DNA of 64,000 nucleotides from Octopus sinensis (GCF_006345805.1 NW_021834156.1:1-64000); one strand, 5' to 3'; shown: positions 25,386 through 40,956, numbered from the stretch's first letter. Made by a program: numbers and translations. The notes: a model not told the origin generated them from the sequence alone.

Positions 25386-27239
25386 CTGAGAGAGAGTTCC
25401 GCGCTGAATAACAACTTGGATGTGCTACCCCAGGTTCTCCATTCAAAAACAAATCTAATCTAATAACATCGGTAGAATGGTATAAAGGAACCTGTGTAAG
25501 ACTTGAAGGAAGCGGCCTTTTAACGAAGATAATCACAAAGACAATATTTATTGCCATACAAAGCATGGTTTCTTCCATGTACGATGTATGAATGAAACAT
25601 ATACAAAAGACATATGTGAAATCAACATCGGAAAGTATAAAAATTATAAAATATAGGCGGAAAAACACAGTAAGTACGCAAATTGATTAATTACGCATAC
25701 ACTCGAATGTCTACACAACCATATATATATATATTTTAATACACCTAGGACTACACATACATCCCAATGTTTACACAAGTATGTGAATTTTACAGGACAC
25801 ATATACACACACGCATATGAAAGCACGTGTCATAAATGAATCGCAAATATAACAAAACATTTTTTTTTTCGAACTAACATAATGGAGCGAACAATTCATA
25901 TGTTTAAAAACACCACAAAAATCTATGCCCGGGGATAAAACTATACTCTTCTACTCTTTTCTCTTTTACTTGTTTCAGTCAGTTGACTGTGGCCATGTTG
26001 GAGCACCGCCTTTAGTCGAGCAAATCGACCCGAGGACTTATTCTTTGTAAGCCTAGTACTTATTCTATCGGTCTCAATTGCCGAACCGCTAAGTTACGGG
26101 GACGTAAACACACCAGCATCAGTTGTCAAGCGATGTTGGGAGGACAAATACACACACACATACATATAGATATGTATATATACATATATACGACGGGCTT
26201 CTTTCAGTTTCCGTGTACCAAATCCACTCACAAGGCTTTCGTCGGCCCGAGGCTATAGTAGAAGACACTTGCCCAAGGTGCCACGCAGTGTGACAGAAAC
26301 CGGAACCATGCGGCTACTCACCACACAACCACTCCTACGCCTATCAAAAATAAATAAATACAGAAGAATACATATTTATTAGTCTTATGGAGCGACGTTA
26401 CGAGCAATGTTTTCATTCAGAGAACTTGGAGGCGGTGAAAGGATGAAAAACCAAGTCATTCTCTGGATTTTAAGCTGAAATTCTTTACGAAGACAGCATT
26501 ACACCAACGCATTATATGCATACATACGTACACATGTGCGTGTGTGAGTGTGTCTAGGTATCTAAATGCATGCTAGCATATTGATGTATGTATGAAATGA
26601 ATCAATGCTGCCTCTCAATTCTCGGGCGTAGAAGCATTGTATTAAGTATTGACATCAGTGAAAAGAGACCTACGCTAAACTATGTACTGCGTACATACCA
26701 ATCTCAGAATGTAGGGATAGACGAAATGCTGCTAAACATTTTGCTCCGTGTGCTAACAATTCTGCCAGCTCACCAATAATACTAATAACACTACAACTAC
26801 TACTACTAATAATAATAATCCTAGTTATTTTTCTTGTTGTTGTATATTATATGTCGTTATGGTCCTTCTCTATAATTCCTGGTGGATCGGTGGTGTTGGT
26901 GATGGCATACGTCCATTTTCTTTTTTCCCATTATATTTGTTTGAATATTTAAAAAGATGAATCTCTTTAAATAATCTTTGTAAATTTCCTTTATGTGTGT
27001 TATTGGATCAGTTCTGATTCTAACAGAGAATATGGAGGATTAATTCTGAGAGATTATAATACAACTAATCCTGTATCGTGTTTGCAGTTTATACGCACAT
27101 CGACAAATATGCACATCGTGGCAATCACTCACAGACAGACACAGATTTATTATTATTTCGGAGGGGAACGAAATAAACTGCATCAACTTGCTATAAAAAA
27201 CAGGTAGTAATTTTAGGTTGCTTTTATCCTTAGTGCAAG

Positions 27240-27960
27240 TCTGGAAGAGTGCAATTCGATTTTAACAGTTATTTTTATAAAGCTATAATGGAAGTGACAA
27301 AAAAGCATATTCGGCATATTTTGCTTTATGAGTTCAATAAAAGCAACAACACATCGGAAAGTGCAAGGAATATTAATGCAGTATATGGGGATCGGAAAAT
27401 AAGCGTAAGCCAGTGTCAGAAACTACAGCATAGAAGATGAGTCTCGCTGTATGATTTGTAGAGCTCAACGAGGAAGAAAATGCCATTGTAACTGTTGAGA
27501 AACCAGCAGAGAAGCTTGGATTTGGTCATTCAACCATTCATCGACACCTGCCTGCCGTTTGAAAAGTCAGAAAGTTGGGTTAATGGGTTCCTCACAACCT
27601 TTCCAAGTCTGTATGCTCGGCCACGTATAGAAAGGATGATATTCCAAAGGCTGGAGCAGTTTGAATGAGAAACGATGTTACACCCACCGTATTCACAGGA
27701 CATTACCCCATCTGACTATCATTTATTCTGCAGTTTTCAAAATCATTTGGACGAAGGAAATGTGAATTCTTTAGACGAGGTCAGAACAATACTGTACGAG
27801 TATTTTTTGGAAGAGGGACCACATACAAGTCTACAAGATAGATGGAAAGAAAATGTACAAAATGAAGGAGAGTATATTTTAGATTAAAAAAGAACTTTGT
27901 TCATCTCAATTTAAAAAAAATAAAAGATGTATAAAAACTACATTATTTATGAGATGACAT

Positions 27961-27962
<2 letters not shown>
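27240..27962 (+). mobile_element. Mariner-like transposon with internally deleted transposase pseudogene
   Basis: MEVTKKHIRHILLYEFNKSNNTSESARNINAVYG (HTH), *WVPHNL (WVPHEL motif) and HPPYSQDITPSDYHLF..QN.L...RW......GEYILD*. A 3' TIR-like cattatttatgagatgacat lies at ~27940-27960. Confidence 0.9.
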
Positions 27963-27996
<34 letters not shown>

Positions 27997-28238
27997 CAAG
28001 TATAGAGACCGTGCGCAGTAATATTCATGAATAAAATCAGTAAGGGGAACGGTAATAGGATGCAAGATCTAAAAGTCAAACATAAGAATTATCCTTGCTG
28101 ATATTCAAATTCCCGTGACTGAGTTTTGTTCCTTCCTTAGCAACCAATTCCTACCATTCAAAATACTAAATAATACGCATGCACAACTACATAAATACAT
28201 ACGTACATACATAATACATACATACATACATACATACA

Positions 28239-28271
<33 letters not shown>

Positions 28272-28820
28272 GTATACACATATATATATTTGTATGAATA
28301 TATGTACATATGTACGTACGTAAATAAATATGTATAAATGTATATATAATATATATATATATATATATATGCATGCGCATATATTTTTTGTATGTATGTA
28401 TACATCTTGTCGATTATTTATGCTTACAGCCATGGTTAAACATAACTTGGAGAGTGTATAATTTAATTAGAAGCTGAATACTTTTATGCAGCCACTCTCA
28501 GTTTTATTTTACGGATTTATTAAGTACCATGGCAATATATAAGGGAATATATTCGCGGCCATGTCCAAATTTATTCTTCAGCATCATACCAAATTCTAGT
28601 TGCTGATAAATTCATTTATGCTGTTGTCATGCGCAGTCGTTATACACAGGATCAGTGTGTAAGATAACAATGATACACACACATACTTAATATTCATATA
28701 TATATATATATACACATATATGTATACAAACTTTCTTGTATATATATATATATATTATATATATATACATATTACACACACACACACACACACCACACAC
28801 ACCACACACCACACACACAC

Positions 28821-28866
<46 letters not shown>

Positions 28867-29318
28867 ACCATGGATGCGTGAGGTTCTATATATTTGATAC
28901 TTAATATAATACATTATTCTTAATTCCAGTTGTGAAAATTCTCGCAAATTGCTAAATTGCTATTTTATGGATATTCTGTATAAAGTGTATAATGCACATT
29001 TATTACATATACTGTGTTGGCTGTACATGTATGGTCCGGGCGTACACTGTCTAATAAATATATACCAATGTGAGTTGAAATTCGAAGTTAACCAGCATAA
29101 CTTTAGTTTATATTAACCCTCCAAAACATGTTTATTATGTATCGTCTTTCCTTTCTGCTTTTCATACTTTTTCTTCCCTCCTTCGATGTTACTGGGAAGC
29201 TGAAATAAGCTCAGGATACTTTTTACTATAAAAGAGAAATGATGTACGATTTTTCGGGAGGAAATTTTCAAAATACGTACATCCTTCCCTGTGCACCGGA
29301 TCTTCGCCTATTATTTGA

Positions 29319-29721
29319 TACTAGCAGTATCGCCCGGCGTTGCTCGGGTTTGTAAGGGAAATAACTATAACGCATTTTTAGAGTTATAGCTAAAAAATAG
29401 CAAAAAAATGCATTAAAAATGAAAAAAAAATATGGTAATTTTTTTTTTAAATCGTTGACTCATCGTAGACATTTTTAGAGAGTTACTTCCTTTATATTAA
29501 AAAAAATATGCAATGGAAAAATAAAATGGAAAAAAATAATGGTAAATTATTTTTAAAATCGTAGACTCATCGTAGACGCGCGCTAATACCCAGAAGGGCT
29601 CGATATGAATCACGACTATAAGATACCCGGTTTTGGTTAAACTGCACCGCAAAATGTGGGAGTAGTTAGGAATCTAATTCGGAGTAGACAGACACACAAC
29701 CTTACTTTTATATATAAAGAT
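29319..29721 (+). mobile_element. Helentron-associated (HINE/DINE-1-like) non-autonomous element
   Basis: 5' tactagcagtatcg-CCCGGCGTTGCTCGGG palindrome, internal tandem duplication of an A-rich ~70-bp block, 3' ttttatatataaagat terminus. The same 5' palindrome occurs at ~4542-4557. Confidence 0.6.
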
Positions 29722-30049
29722 ATACATATAGCTATGTGCATTATTTGATTTCCAAGTATAACTGTACAATGGTGTATTTGTCTCAAAGGTTTGAGTGAAA
29801 TGTTGAGCTTTTTTGGTATTTACCTGTCAGGTGTATAACGTTTGTTTCATGTCACTTGTATGGCATTCCTTTCGTTGTTTATGCTGTCGCGTAATACAAT
29901 TTATTTCGCTCATTCCGTAGCCTAATACATCTATAACTGATTTTGTTTTGTTAATCATCATATAGAAATTTTGGACGTTCAGAAAATACTGTCCAATAAG
30001 GCAAATATTTTAATAACTTTTGGCCTTTATGCCCACATTATGCACACGT

Positions 30050-30090
<41 letters not shown>

Positions 30091-30327
30091 TATTATATAT
30101 CTATATATGTAAATATATAAAGTGTACATATGCACACATTATAATGCTCACTTTTATGCACATATATGGTTATACACTTCGAAATATACATGTATACATG
30201 CAAAGCTGTGTGCATGAATTTATTGGTAACACACACACATATTTTCCTTTTTTGTACTCTTCTGAATGCTCTAGCCATGGAGAATCATTTTGTTGAACAT
30301 ATCAATCCCAGTATTCTATGTATGTAT

Positions 30328-30621
30328 ATGGCCCAATGGTTAGGGCAGCGGCCTCGCGGTCGGAGGATCGCGGTTTCGATTCCAAGACCGGGCGTCGTGA
30401 GTGTTTATTGAGCGAAAACACCTAAAGCTCTACGAGCCTCCTGCAAGGGGTGATGGCAATCCCTGCTGTACTCTTTCGCCACAACTTTCTCTCACTCTTT
30501 CTTCTGTTGGCCTGCTCGCTTAGCTAGCCGGGTGGCGTCATTCGAAGGCTAAAATAATGCGAACGCATTGTGACCAGCGATGTTTAGCAACATCTAATGG
30601 TCTGGTCGGTCACGTGATCAC

Positions 30622-30625
<4 letters not shown>
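30328..30625 (+). mobile_element. SINE family D head with alternative 3' tail
   Basis: Shares head and body with 14487-14792 up to ctcactctttctt, then carries an unrelated tail ending ggtcacgtgatcacggga. Confidence 0.8.
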
Positions 30626-30660
<35 letters not shown>

Positions 30661-30839
30661 TACATGTGTGTGTGTGTGTTGGTATGTGTGTTTGTATGCA
30701 CCTTTTCTCTCTTTGGTTAATATTTTATAGAACTCTCTTTGTGAACTCGAAATGTTTGGTAACGTAAATAACTCATCACCTGTTTGAAACGATTTAGAGA
30801 CGCACAACAGAAAAACACATACGCATTCACACACGCGCA

Positions 30840-30874
<35 letters not shown>

Positions 30875-31065
30875 ACACACACACAGACGAGCTAGAATCT
30901 CTAAGCATTAACGTGTATAAATACAAATTTCTTACTAGTTGAAATATGCTTGAGGTATATTCGAACCCGTATGAAAGCTAAGTTATGGAGACGTAAACAC
31001 ACCGACATCGGTTGTCAAGCGATGGTGAGGGGACAAACGCTGACACTCAAGTACACACACACACA

Positions 31066-31117
<52 letters not shown>

Positions 31118-32013
31118 GACGGACTTCTCTCAGTTTCCGTCTACCAAATGCATTCAAAAAATTTTTGTAGACCCGAAGATGTAGTAGAAGACCCATGCCG
31201 AAGGTTGCAAGCAACCATGTTGTTGGTAAACAAGCTAGTAACCACACAGTCACTTCTGCGCTTAGGCACGCACACCCCCCGCAAACACGCACAAACACAC
31301 ACACGCACACACTCATACACACTTACACATATATACATATTTATACTTAATGGAAACTTCACAAAAATCTTCTGCGCCCCCAGGCGGTCAGGTGTGAAAA
31401 TCTCTTCTCGGTTAAAATAAGTTGAGTCAAATTTGAAAGTATGGAATTAACAGCAAGGATAAAACTAAGATGTGCAGAGTATATACATTTTTACCTCATC
31501 ATCTAGTTATAGCCATGTTGGAATCGTCCACTTGTCTTTGATAACAAAGAAACAGCGCTGGACTCGATATTTTACAATGTTAGGTATATGTTATCAAGCG
31601 AAAGTACTTTATATTTTAAAAGGTATTCTTGATTCTGTTTTCATCCTCCAATATTATTTGTTCAGCAATAGAAAACTGAGAAAGAGAAGAATTTCTTTCT
31701 TACATATACGTCAATGTTTCCAGGCAACCTAAGAGTTTTGTTAATATAGTACAATCATTTTTATAGTGCATTAATATAGCATTAATTTATACATTGGAGT
31801 ATCAAAACATATTTATACGTAGAAGTCGTGATAGCTTAAATAACGTAAATGTGTGTTTTGATACATAGCGGCTTAAGTCATCAGTATTACTTTCTCAAAG
31901 TACTTGTCTCAACCTATGGCTACGATAACACACTAGTATTTTACAATGAAATTAGAAAAATCGAACTCAATAGGCGTCCCAAATGTTACATCCGCTGCAT
32001 TTCAAAAGATGCA

Positions 32014-32242
32014 TCATTCTCTGGATTTTAAGCTGAAATTCTTTACGAAGACAGCATTACACCAACGCATTATATGCATACATACGTACACGTGTGCGTG
32101 TGTGAGTGTGTCTAGGTATCTAAATGCATGCTAGGCATATTGATGTATGTATGAAATGAATCAATGCTGCCTGTCAATTCTCGGGCGTAGAAGCATTGTA
32201 TTAAGTATTGACATCAGTGAAAAGAGACCTACGCTAAACTAT
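32014..32242 (+). repeat. Near-identical local duplicate of 26456-26683
   Basis: About 228 bp with 2 substitutions and 1 indel relative to 26456-26683. Confidence 0.92.
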
Positions 32243-32720
32243 TGAGAAATCTGCAGTTACTCTATCTAGATTACAAGTCCAGTTTTATACCTGTAATTAT
32301 TGGGGTCTCTGGACATGTAACACACTGCGTAAATACCAATCTTGAGAAATTAGGCTTCTGAAAACTAGAAAGGTGAAGGCTAATTCGAAGACTACAGATC
32401 CAATCCTTCACAGGAACTGTAAAAATCTGTAAAACTTTCCAGAAGTCTATCATTTAAATATATATAAGCATGTCTAGATATGTATATGTATGCATGAGAA
32501 TGCATACATAAAGCAAAACATACAATTCTGCACATATATATATATATATATATATATAATAATATATACAGACAGAGAGACAAACAGACAAGAGTACCCT
32601 GTTTTTGATATTGAAATTCCAATTAAGGAGCCTTGGATCTAGGTTAGAAACTGGCTCTTTCTCTATTGGCAAGGAATCTTGAAATACGTATACATATCTA
32701 TCTATCAATCTATCTATCTC

Positions 32721-32789
<69 letters not shown>

Positions 32790-33075
32790 ATCTATATATA
32801 TATATATATATATAATATATATTATCTACAACACACACCCACACACACGTACATACACTTGAAGCGGATGGGTATGTGTTCGAATACCCATGTTTCTGTG
32901 AAAGATTGTACGATAGGAGCATAGATCTGCCACGTTTCGGGCACTTATATACACCAAAAAACAGCCGTACTTTCCGTTATTCAACAATATATTTTGTCTG
33001 AACTATGATTATCATGAGACGAAAATTGTGAATGGTTCGGAAAAATTTGAATATTTTCACCTTTAGATATTATGA

Positions 33076-33139
<64 letters not shown>

Positions 33140-33411
33140 CACACACACACAAATACACACGCACGCACAGACACACATATACATACATATCCATATATAC
33201 ATACACGTGTATACCTATACATTTATATTCGTATATATATATGTATATATGTGTGCTTGTACGTAAACATATATATGTGTATCTGTGAATTTGTGGGAGG
33301 TGTGTGTATTTGTATATGTATATATATACATGTATATATGCTTATACACTTATAAATGTGTGTAGATGTGCATACATATACATGTACATAACTTGAAGGA
33401 AACATTGTATA

Positions 33412-33451
<40 letters not shown>

Positions 33452-33992
33452 ATGTGTATGCGTGTTTGTGTGCTTGTGTATGTATGTGTTTGTCTGTATT
33501 TGTGTGCGCATGCGTTTACATATTTCTATATTTCTTACTGGAAATCGAAAAATCTAAAATGGCGTCAAAATATGTCAGATGTAATTTTCCTTCGTTACCA
33601 CTGTGAATGTGAGAGAAAGCAACAAGCTAATTCATTGCTGTATGTCATAATTAGTTTATATTGCCATCTAAATGTTTTGTAAATTCACGGCAAATATTTT
33701 AAAATCACTGACATGACAATTATCTCTGTATGTGTCTCATTAGTATATGGCAAGTCTATTTACATATGAAGTTTCAGTTGTGAAATAGTTTGCTTTTGTT
33801 ATTCTTCCATTTCATTATAATCCAATTACATTATTCTGAAAAATGTTAGAAGCAAGCAATGCAAGAGGAATATTGGATTTTTAGAATAATTGGCTTTCAG
33901 TGTTTTGCTGTGTTGTTATATATTCCAAGCTAAAATTCCACTGGAGTTCAAATTTGCATTTAAACAATGATGGGATTCATAAAAGGTATTGT

Positions 33993-34034
<42 letters not shown>

Positions 34035-34243
34035 TATAATATAATAATAACAATAATAATAATAATAATAATGATAAATATGATAATGATAATAATATAA
34101 TAATAATAACAATAATAATAATAATAATAAAAAATCATAATAATAATAATGATAATATAATGATAATGATAATAATAATAATAACGATAATGATAATGAA
34201 ACTAATAATAATGATAATAATAATGATAATAATAATAATAAAA

Positions 34244-34308
<65 letters not shown>

Positions 34309-34540
34309 GGCTTCAAATTTTTCCACAAGGACAGCCGCTTTGGGGGAGTAGATGTGTCGATTCCACCGACCCCACTCTTATTATTTATTATTATTATTAA
34401 TTATTATTATTATTATTATTGTTTATTGTTTTATTGTTGTTGTTGTCGTTGTTGTTGTTGTTATTGTTATTATTATTATTATTGTTATTATTATTATTGT
34501 TGTTGTTGTTGTTGTTGCTGTTGTTGTTATTATTATTATT

Positions 34541-35090
34541 GAGTGAGCGAGCAGAGCATGTCATCGAAGTGACACTGGTGTAAAAATATACGAAGCCCAG
34601 ATACCCATCATGACTACCCGTCTGATAAGGGTACCCAGGCACATGCATCACAACCATATGTGCGCGACATGGTGATCTCATATCAAGATAAACACACATG
34701 ACCTTGCAGGTGGAGCCCAGTTAGAATTTTCTTCAGATCGAGTAACCCATCCCGCTCAAAGGTCCCTGAATAAGGGTTTTTTAGGATGTTGAACGAAACA
34801 CCCATGTTTCCAGAGGTGAATTATTCAAACCCCAAAGAATCCTTCTCAACACATGGCTATGATGCTCCCCCCCTACTTTCTGCTCGTGATCAGAGATGCA
34901 CATATCGTCAGCCACTAAGGGACATGCTCAACTGGTTAAGGTCAAACAACTGACAAGCAAATTGTGGTATTGAGCAGAATATTTGCTGTAGCCCATCTTT
35001 TATACCAGACAAAACAATGTACATGATAACACTTCCAATCAGTTAAGATCAGAAGCCATGAGAGCCACTGCCTGGTGACTGCATCAGGGC

Positions 35091-35094
<4 letters not shown>
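34541..35094 (-). mobile_element. Full-length family C element flanked by (ATT)n on both sides
   Basis: gagtgagcgagcag...gcatcagggcattt, homologous to 23684-24236. Confidence 0.8.
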
Positions 35095-35143
<49 letters not shown>

Positions 35144-35847
35144 TATTACTATTATTATTATTATATTATATAATATTGAAGAATTGCACTCATGACAGAA
35201 TAAGACAACTTGTATATGCTATATTATTGTTGCGTCCATTTGAATGCTAACTGAATGAACCTGCTGTGGAAAGGCAAATTTGCTTTCCTTTCTAAAGGCA
35301 ATGACAACAAATATATAAGACATGCAATAGGATCCGATATAAATCACTAGCATACCCTCCGAAGTGACACCGCTACTAAGTGCTAACATCATCATGAGAA
35401 TCTGTAGATATAATAATAGTTAAATTCAACGAACTATATTTTCATCGTACGTATTCAGAAACGTAAAAAAAAAATTGGGACACTGCTATCCAAATATATT
35501 GGGCACTTAAAAAATATCCAAAACATGTGACTCATTTCATCATTCTTCGGAATTTAACTCCAGTGGTACAGACCCTTTAGAAGTTGTTGTTGTTTATCGC
35601 TCTTGCAGACAGCATTACTCTTTTACTATTTTACTCTTTTACTTGTTTCAGTCATTTGAGTGCGGCCATGCTGGAGCACCGCCTTTAATCGAGCACATCG
35701 ACCCGGGACTTATTCTTTGTAAGCCCGCCCAGTACTTATTCTATCGGTCTCTTTTGCCGAACCGCTAAGTAACGGGGACGTAAACACACCAGCATCGGTT
35801 GTCAAGCAATGCTAGGGGGACAAACACAGACACACAAACACACAAAC

Positions 35848-35908
<61 letters not shown>

Positions 35909-37037
35909 CGACGGGCTTCTTTCAGTTTCTGTCTACCAAATCCACTCACAAGGCATTGGTCGGCCCGGGGCTATAGCAGAAGACATTTGCCCAAGATGCC
36001 ACGCAGTGGGACTGAACCCGGAACCATGTGGTTGGTTAGCAAGCTACTTACCACACAGCCACTCCTACGCCTATATGGACAAAAAATAGTAATCTCTAAA
36101 CAGCATATCGGAATACTTTGGAAAATGCCACGATTTTGATAAATATCGTTAAACCACTCATACTGTAAACTAAAGTACTTTATTACGCATTCTAGCTGGA
36201 TTTTAACCGACAAACTTTATTACATTATACTTCATATCATTACCGACTTTGATATTTTTGAATGCTTACCCATCCTCGCGGATTTTCATTTAGCAGACTG
36301 GATGAATACATAACTAGTCACCAGCAATAATCACACTCCTACATTTCGGCATTTAGTGACAGCTCAGTAGTACAGTCTTTAGTTCTCAGTACATTTTATG
36401 ATTTAAAATATGTTTGCAGATTGCAGCTCATCCTTAGTGATATACTTTTTAAGGTCTTCACGATATAATATGAGTGTGAACCTGCTCGCGCAAACACACA
36501 CACACACAAACACACACACACATACACACATACTTAGGTATGCATGTATAGGTAGATATAATGCCCATCCTCGCTACTTTCACCCACCCGACATTTTAAG
36601 CATAAAATTGTTTGTAACAATATATATTTATATTTCACTTGGGTATTGCGATATTAATAAACTAGTATAGATCTCAATTTGGGTATACTTCCCAACAAGG
36701 CGTTAGTCGAGTACAGGGGGCTCCGACGAAGCTATAAGGACTCAGCCACTCTAAAATGAGCCAAATGCATCATATAGCGGAAACAGCCGTAAATGAATGA
36801 AGTTCATCAGATAATTGTTTACTCCTTTGTCATTACTTTTTCATTTCTTTCTCTCTGTCTGTCTTTCTCTCTCTACCCCTCTCTCCCTCTCTCTCTCTCT
36901 CTCTCTCTATCTCTTTATATATATGTGGGTGTGTGTGTGTGTATATATATATATATAGAAACAGTGAGGGAGAGAAAGATAGAGAGTGAATGAGAGAGAG
37001 AAATAGATAGATAGACAAATAGACGGACAGATATATA

Positions 37038-37081
<44 letters not shown>

Positions 37082-37138
37082 TAGATAGATAGATAGATAG
37101 ACAGAGAGAGAAATAGACAGACAGACAGACAGATAGAC

Positions 37139-37196
<58 letters not shown>

Positions 37197-37241
37197 ATAG
37201 ATAGATTGATAGATAGATGATAGATAGATAGATAGATAGAT

Positions 37242-37321
<80 letters not shown>

Positions 37322-37853
37322 GACAGACTGACAGACAGAGATAGAGAGAGAGATAAATAGATATAGGCATAAGTATGTAGGCTACATATGTGTCTATATT
37401 TAGCTCCATCTGTCTCAATATGTATATATATATATATACACACAGAAACGTTAGTACAGACGTTGTGCATAGGAAAATACATAAGCTTCAGTTATTTCTC
37501 GTACCGAAACATAGCCTAGCAAATTACCAATTATTCGACGAGCACTGAACTTGTCGTAATTAAGGGGACGTGTTACTTTTTCAGTATGGCAAACACACAT
37601 AAATGTACTCAGGTGGTGTACAACATCTATTACGTTCCACTGAGACCAAACAACATGTCAAATAATAATGGAAACAGAAGAATAACAAAGGAAACATACC
37701 ACACATTAGTTGCTTTTGGTGTATCGTATTACACTTCCTGGCGTTTCAATTTCTTAGAGAATCTCTATGCTAAACAATGACAAAATCGTTCGATATTTCC
37801 TGAAAGATAATGAAGTAAAGATATACAGATCCATATACATACATGATACTTAC

Positions 37854-37936
<83 letters not shown>

Positions 37937-39004
37937 CATACACACACATATATATACATTATATATATTACATATATATATATGTATATATATACATACT
38001 ACATATACACACATATATATATATATAGACATATGTATATATGTATGTGTATATATTTATACATTATATATATATATATATATAAACACATACACACACG
38101 CATGTATATAGATATATGTACTTATAATATATATATACCCATAAATATATTATATATGTATATATATATATATATAGAGAGAGAGAGATAGTTAGAAGGA
38201 TGGATAGATAGATAGATATTCATATACTTATGTATTTCTGTCTTTCCCTTTTCTCTGTGTGTGTGTATATGAGTGTGTATGTAAACGCGTGTACATTTCC
38301 TTCAATATAGATTCATATATGCACATATATGTACATACACAAAGATACGAACACACACGCAAAAAATACTCTCACAAAAACACTTATGCATGCACCTGCA
38401 CACACACACACGCATACGCACACATGCACACAGAGGCAGTTGCACATATATACATCCACTTACACATATTTATACACAAAAGGTTATTTTCATCTCCATG
38501 TCCCAGAGTGATATTCTTAAATTAAAATAATTTTTCCTGCAAGACACTCGGTGCGTTCCAACCAAACTTGATTATCGACGTTCACACCATTCGCCCTTTC
38601 CAGCTATAGATACACAACACACACACACACACACACACACCCGCGCACACATAAACACACACACAACACACACAGACACGCACACACACCAACACATACA
38701 CACATATACGTATATTGTATATATACGTGTCTGTATATATATACACGTATATATATTGCACATATGACACGCAATTCTTTGGGCAGTTCATTTATCTGCT
38801 CGTTGTAAAGGTAAGTGGCTTAATGCTTGAATCTTCTTCATCGTCATCTTCGTCGCCGTCCTCTTCCTCCTCCACTCCCCTCCTCCTCCTCCTCACTCAT
38901 CATCATCATCTTCATTATTTGGCATTTCTTTTAGTGTCACTGCATTAACGACTTGTGGAATTATGTCAAATAGCTGTGGCCATATGCAAAAAACAAACAA
39001 AAAA

Positions 39005-39320
39005 AACGGTTCCAGTTACCAAGGGACTCCATCTTGAAAATAGTCCTGTTGTCTTGCAATGTTCTGAAAAATGCAGGTAATTTCAGTCTTTCTGATATCG
39101 GTGGTAAAAGGTACTCACTGTATGGTGGACAACATTGAAAGGACTGAAGACAGACACTTTCCTCTTCCGCCAAGCCCTCATCGACATTTTTTCAAGTTCT
39201 ACTTGAAAGACGAAGGCAAGGGTGGAGAGGGAGGTGCTGCCCTCCAGTAACGGTGGATGAGAGTGGCGGGAATAATCCACGTGTATGGAGCTTATCTTTC
39301 AGCCAGCACTAGTCAGTGAA
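39005..39320 (+). pseudogene. Degenerate 3' fragment of the same Tx1/L1-like LINE as 63250-64000
   Basis: VWWTTLKGLKTDTFLFRQALIDI / FFKFYLK aligns with IWWTRLKGLETNTFLSGQSLINFFKYHLK in the 63.3-kb ORF. Confidence 0.8.
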
Positions 39321-40288
39321 TACAGCTAGGAGTAAGTTCTTGTTCCTGTAAGTATGAGTAACATCTGAGCTGTTCCATTTAATCAGGAGTCTTCTTTAGT
39401 TTTTACTTCATATACAGATATTTTTCAGGTATGTTTTTCGTTCTTCCTTGTAGATTCTGTATTAACTTCGGCCATTTTTGTTACATTTTCCTTGCAATAT
39501 TTCCTCGTTCAAAAACCTAGTGGTGTCTAAAAGAAACCGCCATTTCATCTTCCTCATCATCCTCGTCGTTGTCGTCCTTCTCCTCATACATCTTCATCCT
39601 TATCACATCAATGTTCCCATTATCATCATCATCATTATTATTAAGAGACAGAGAGCAGTACATGCCATGAAAGTGATGATGGGACACAAACATAGCAAGC
39701 CCAATATACTCATCATGATAAGGGTACACAAGGTACATGCACCACCCACATATGCATTCCACATGGGGGCCTACTATCAGGATATACATCACATGACCTT
39801 ACAAGTGGAGCTAGAGTTACTCTTACTCTCTACTCTTTTACTTGTTTCAGTCATTTGACTGCGGCCATGCTGGAGCACCGCCTTTAATCGAGCAACTCGA
39901 CCCAGGGACTTATTCTTTTGTAAGCCCAGTACTTATTCTATCGGTCTCTTTTGCCGAACCGCTAAGTAACGGGGACATAAACACACCAACATCGGTTGTC
40001 AAGCAATGCTAGTGGGACAAACACAGACACACAAACACACACGCGCATATATATATATATACATATACATATATACGACGGGCTTCTTTCAGTTTCCGTC
40101 TACCAAATCCACTCGCAAGGCTTTGGTCGGCCCGAGGCTATAGTCGAAGACACTTGCCCAAGGTGCCACGCAGTGGGACTGAACCCGGAACCATGTGGTT
40201 GGTAAACAAGCTACTTACCACACAACCACTCCTGCGCCTAGAGTTAGACATTTTTTTTATTATTATCGTTGTTGATGGTGTTGTTGCT

Positions 40289-40858
40289 GAGTGAGAGAGC
40301 AGTGCATGCCATCAAAGTGACACTGGGGTAAAATATACAAAGCCCAGTATACACATCATGACCATCTGTCTGATAAGGGTACACTAGGTACATGGGTACA
40401 CTAGGTACATGAATCACAAAATGTGCTCGACATGGTGATCTCATATCAAGATAAACAGTGCATGAACTTGCAGGTGGGGATCAATTAGAATTTTCTTCAG
40501 GCCGAGTAGCCCATCCCACTCAAAAGGGCCCTGAATAAGGGTTGTTTAAGGATGATGAAAAAATACACATGTTTCCAAGGGTGAATTATCCAAATCCCAA
40601 AGAATTTCTCTCAATACATGGCTATGATGTCTCCCACTACTTCTGCTCATGATCAGAGATGCACATAACATCATCCATTAAGGGACATGGTCAACGGGTT
40701 ATGGTCAAACAAGTGACAAACAAATCTGTGGTATTGAACTGAATATTTGTTGTAACCCATCTTTTATACCATGACAATACAATATACATGATAACACTTC
40801 CGATCAGATGAGATCAGAATACATGAGAGGCACTGCCTGCTACAGCATCAGGGCATTT
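40289..40858 (-). mobile_element. Full-length family C element
   Basis: Homologous to 34541-35094, with an internal 17-bp tandem duplication gggtacactaggtacat and followed on + by (ATT)n. Confidence 0.8.
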
Positions 40859-40864
40859 ATTATA

Positions 40865-40956
<92 letters not shown>

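Noticed and set aside
24954-25463. 169-aa poly-Ile/Asn ORF and the many IY-, CV-, HT- and IYLS-repeat ORFs across the window
   Set aside because: These are stop-free frames of AAT, TA, TG, TACA and GATA microsatellites.
39119-39201. Apparent 83-nt minus-strand exon (ttcaag|...|gtgagt) encoding ELEKMSMRAWRKRKVSVFSPFNVVHHT
   Set aside because: The plus strand is a degenerate copy of the Tx1-like LINE C-terminus at 63.3 kb, so the splice-like signals are most likely coincidental.
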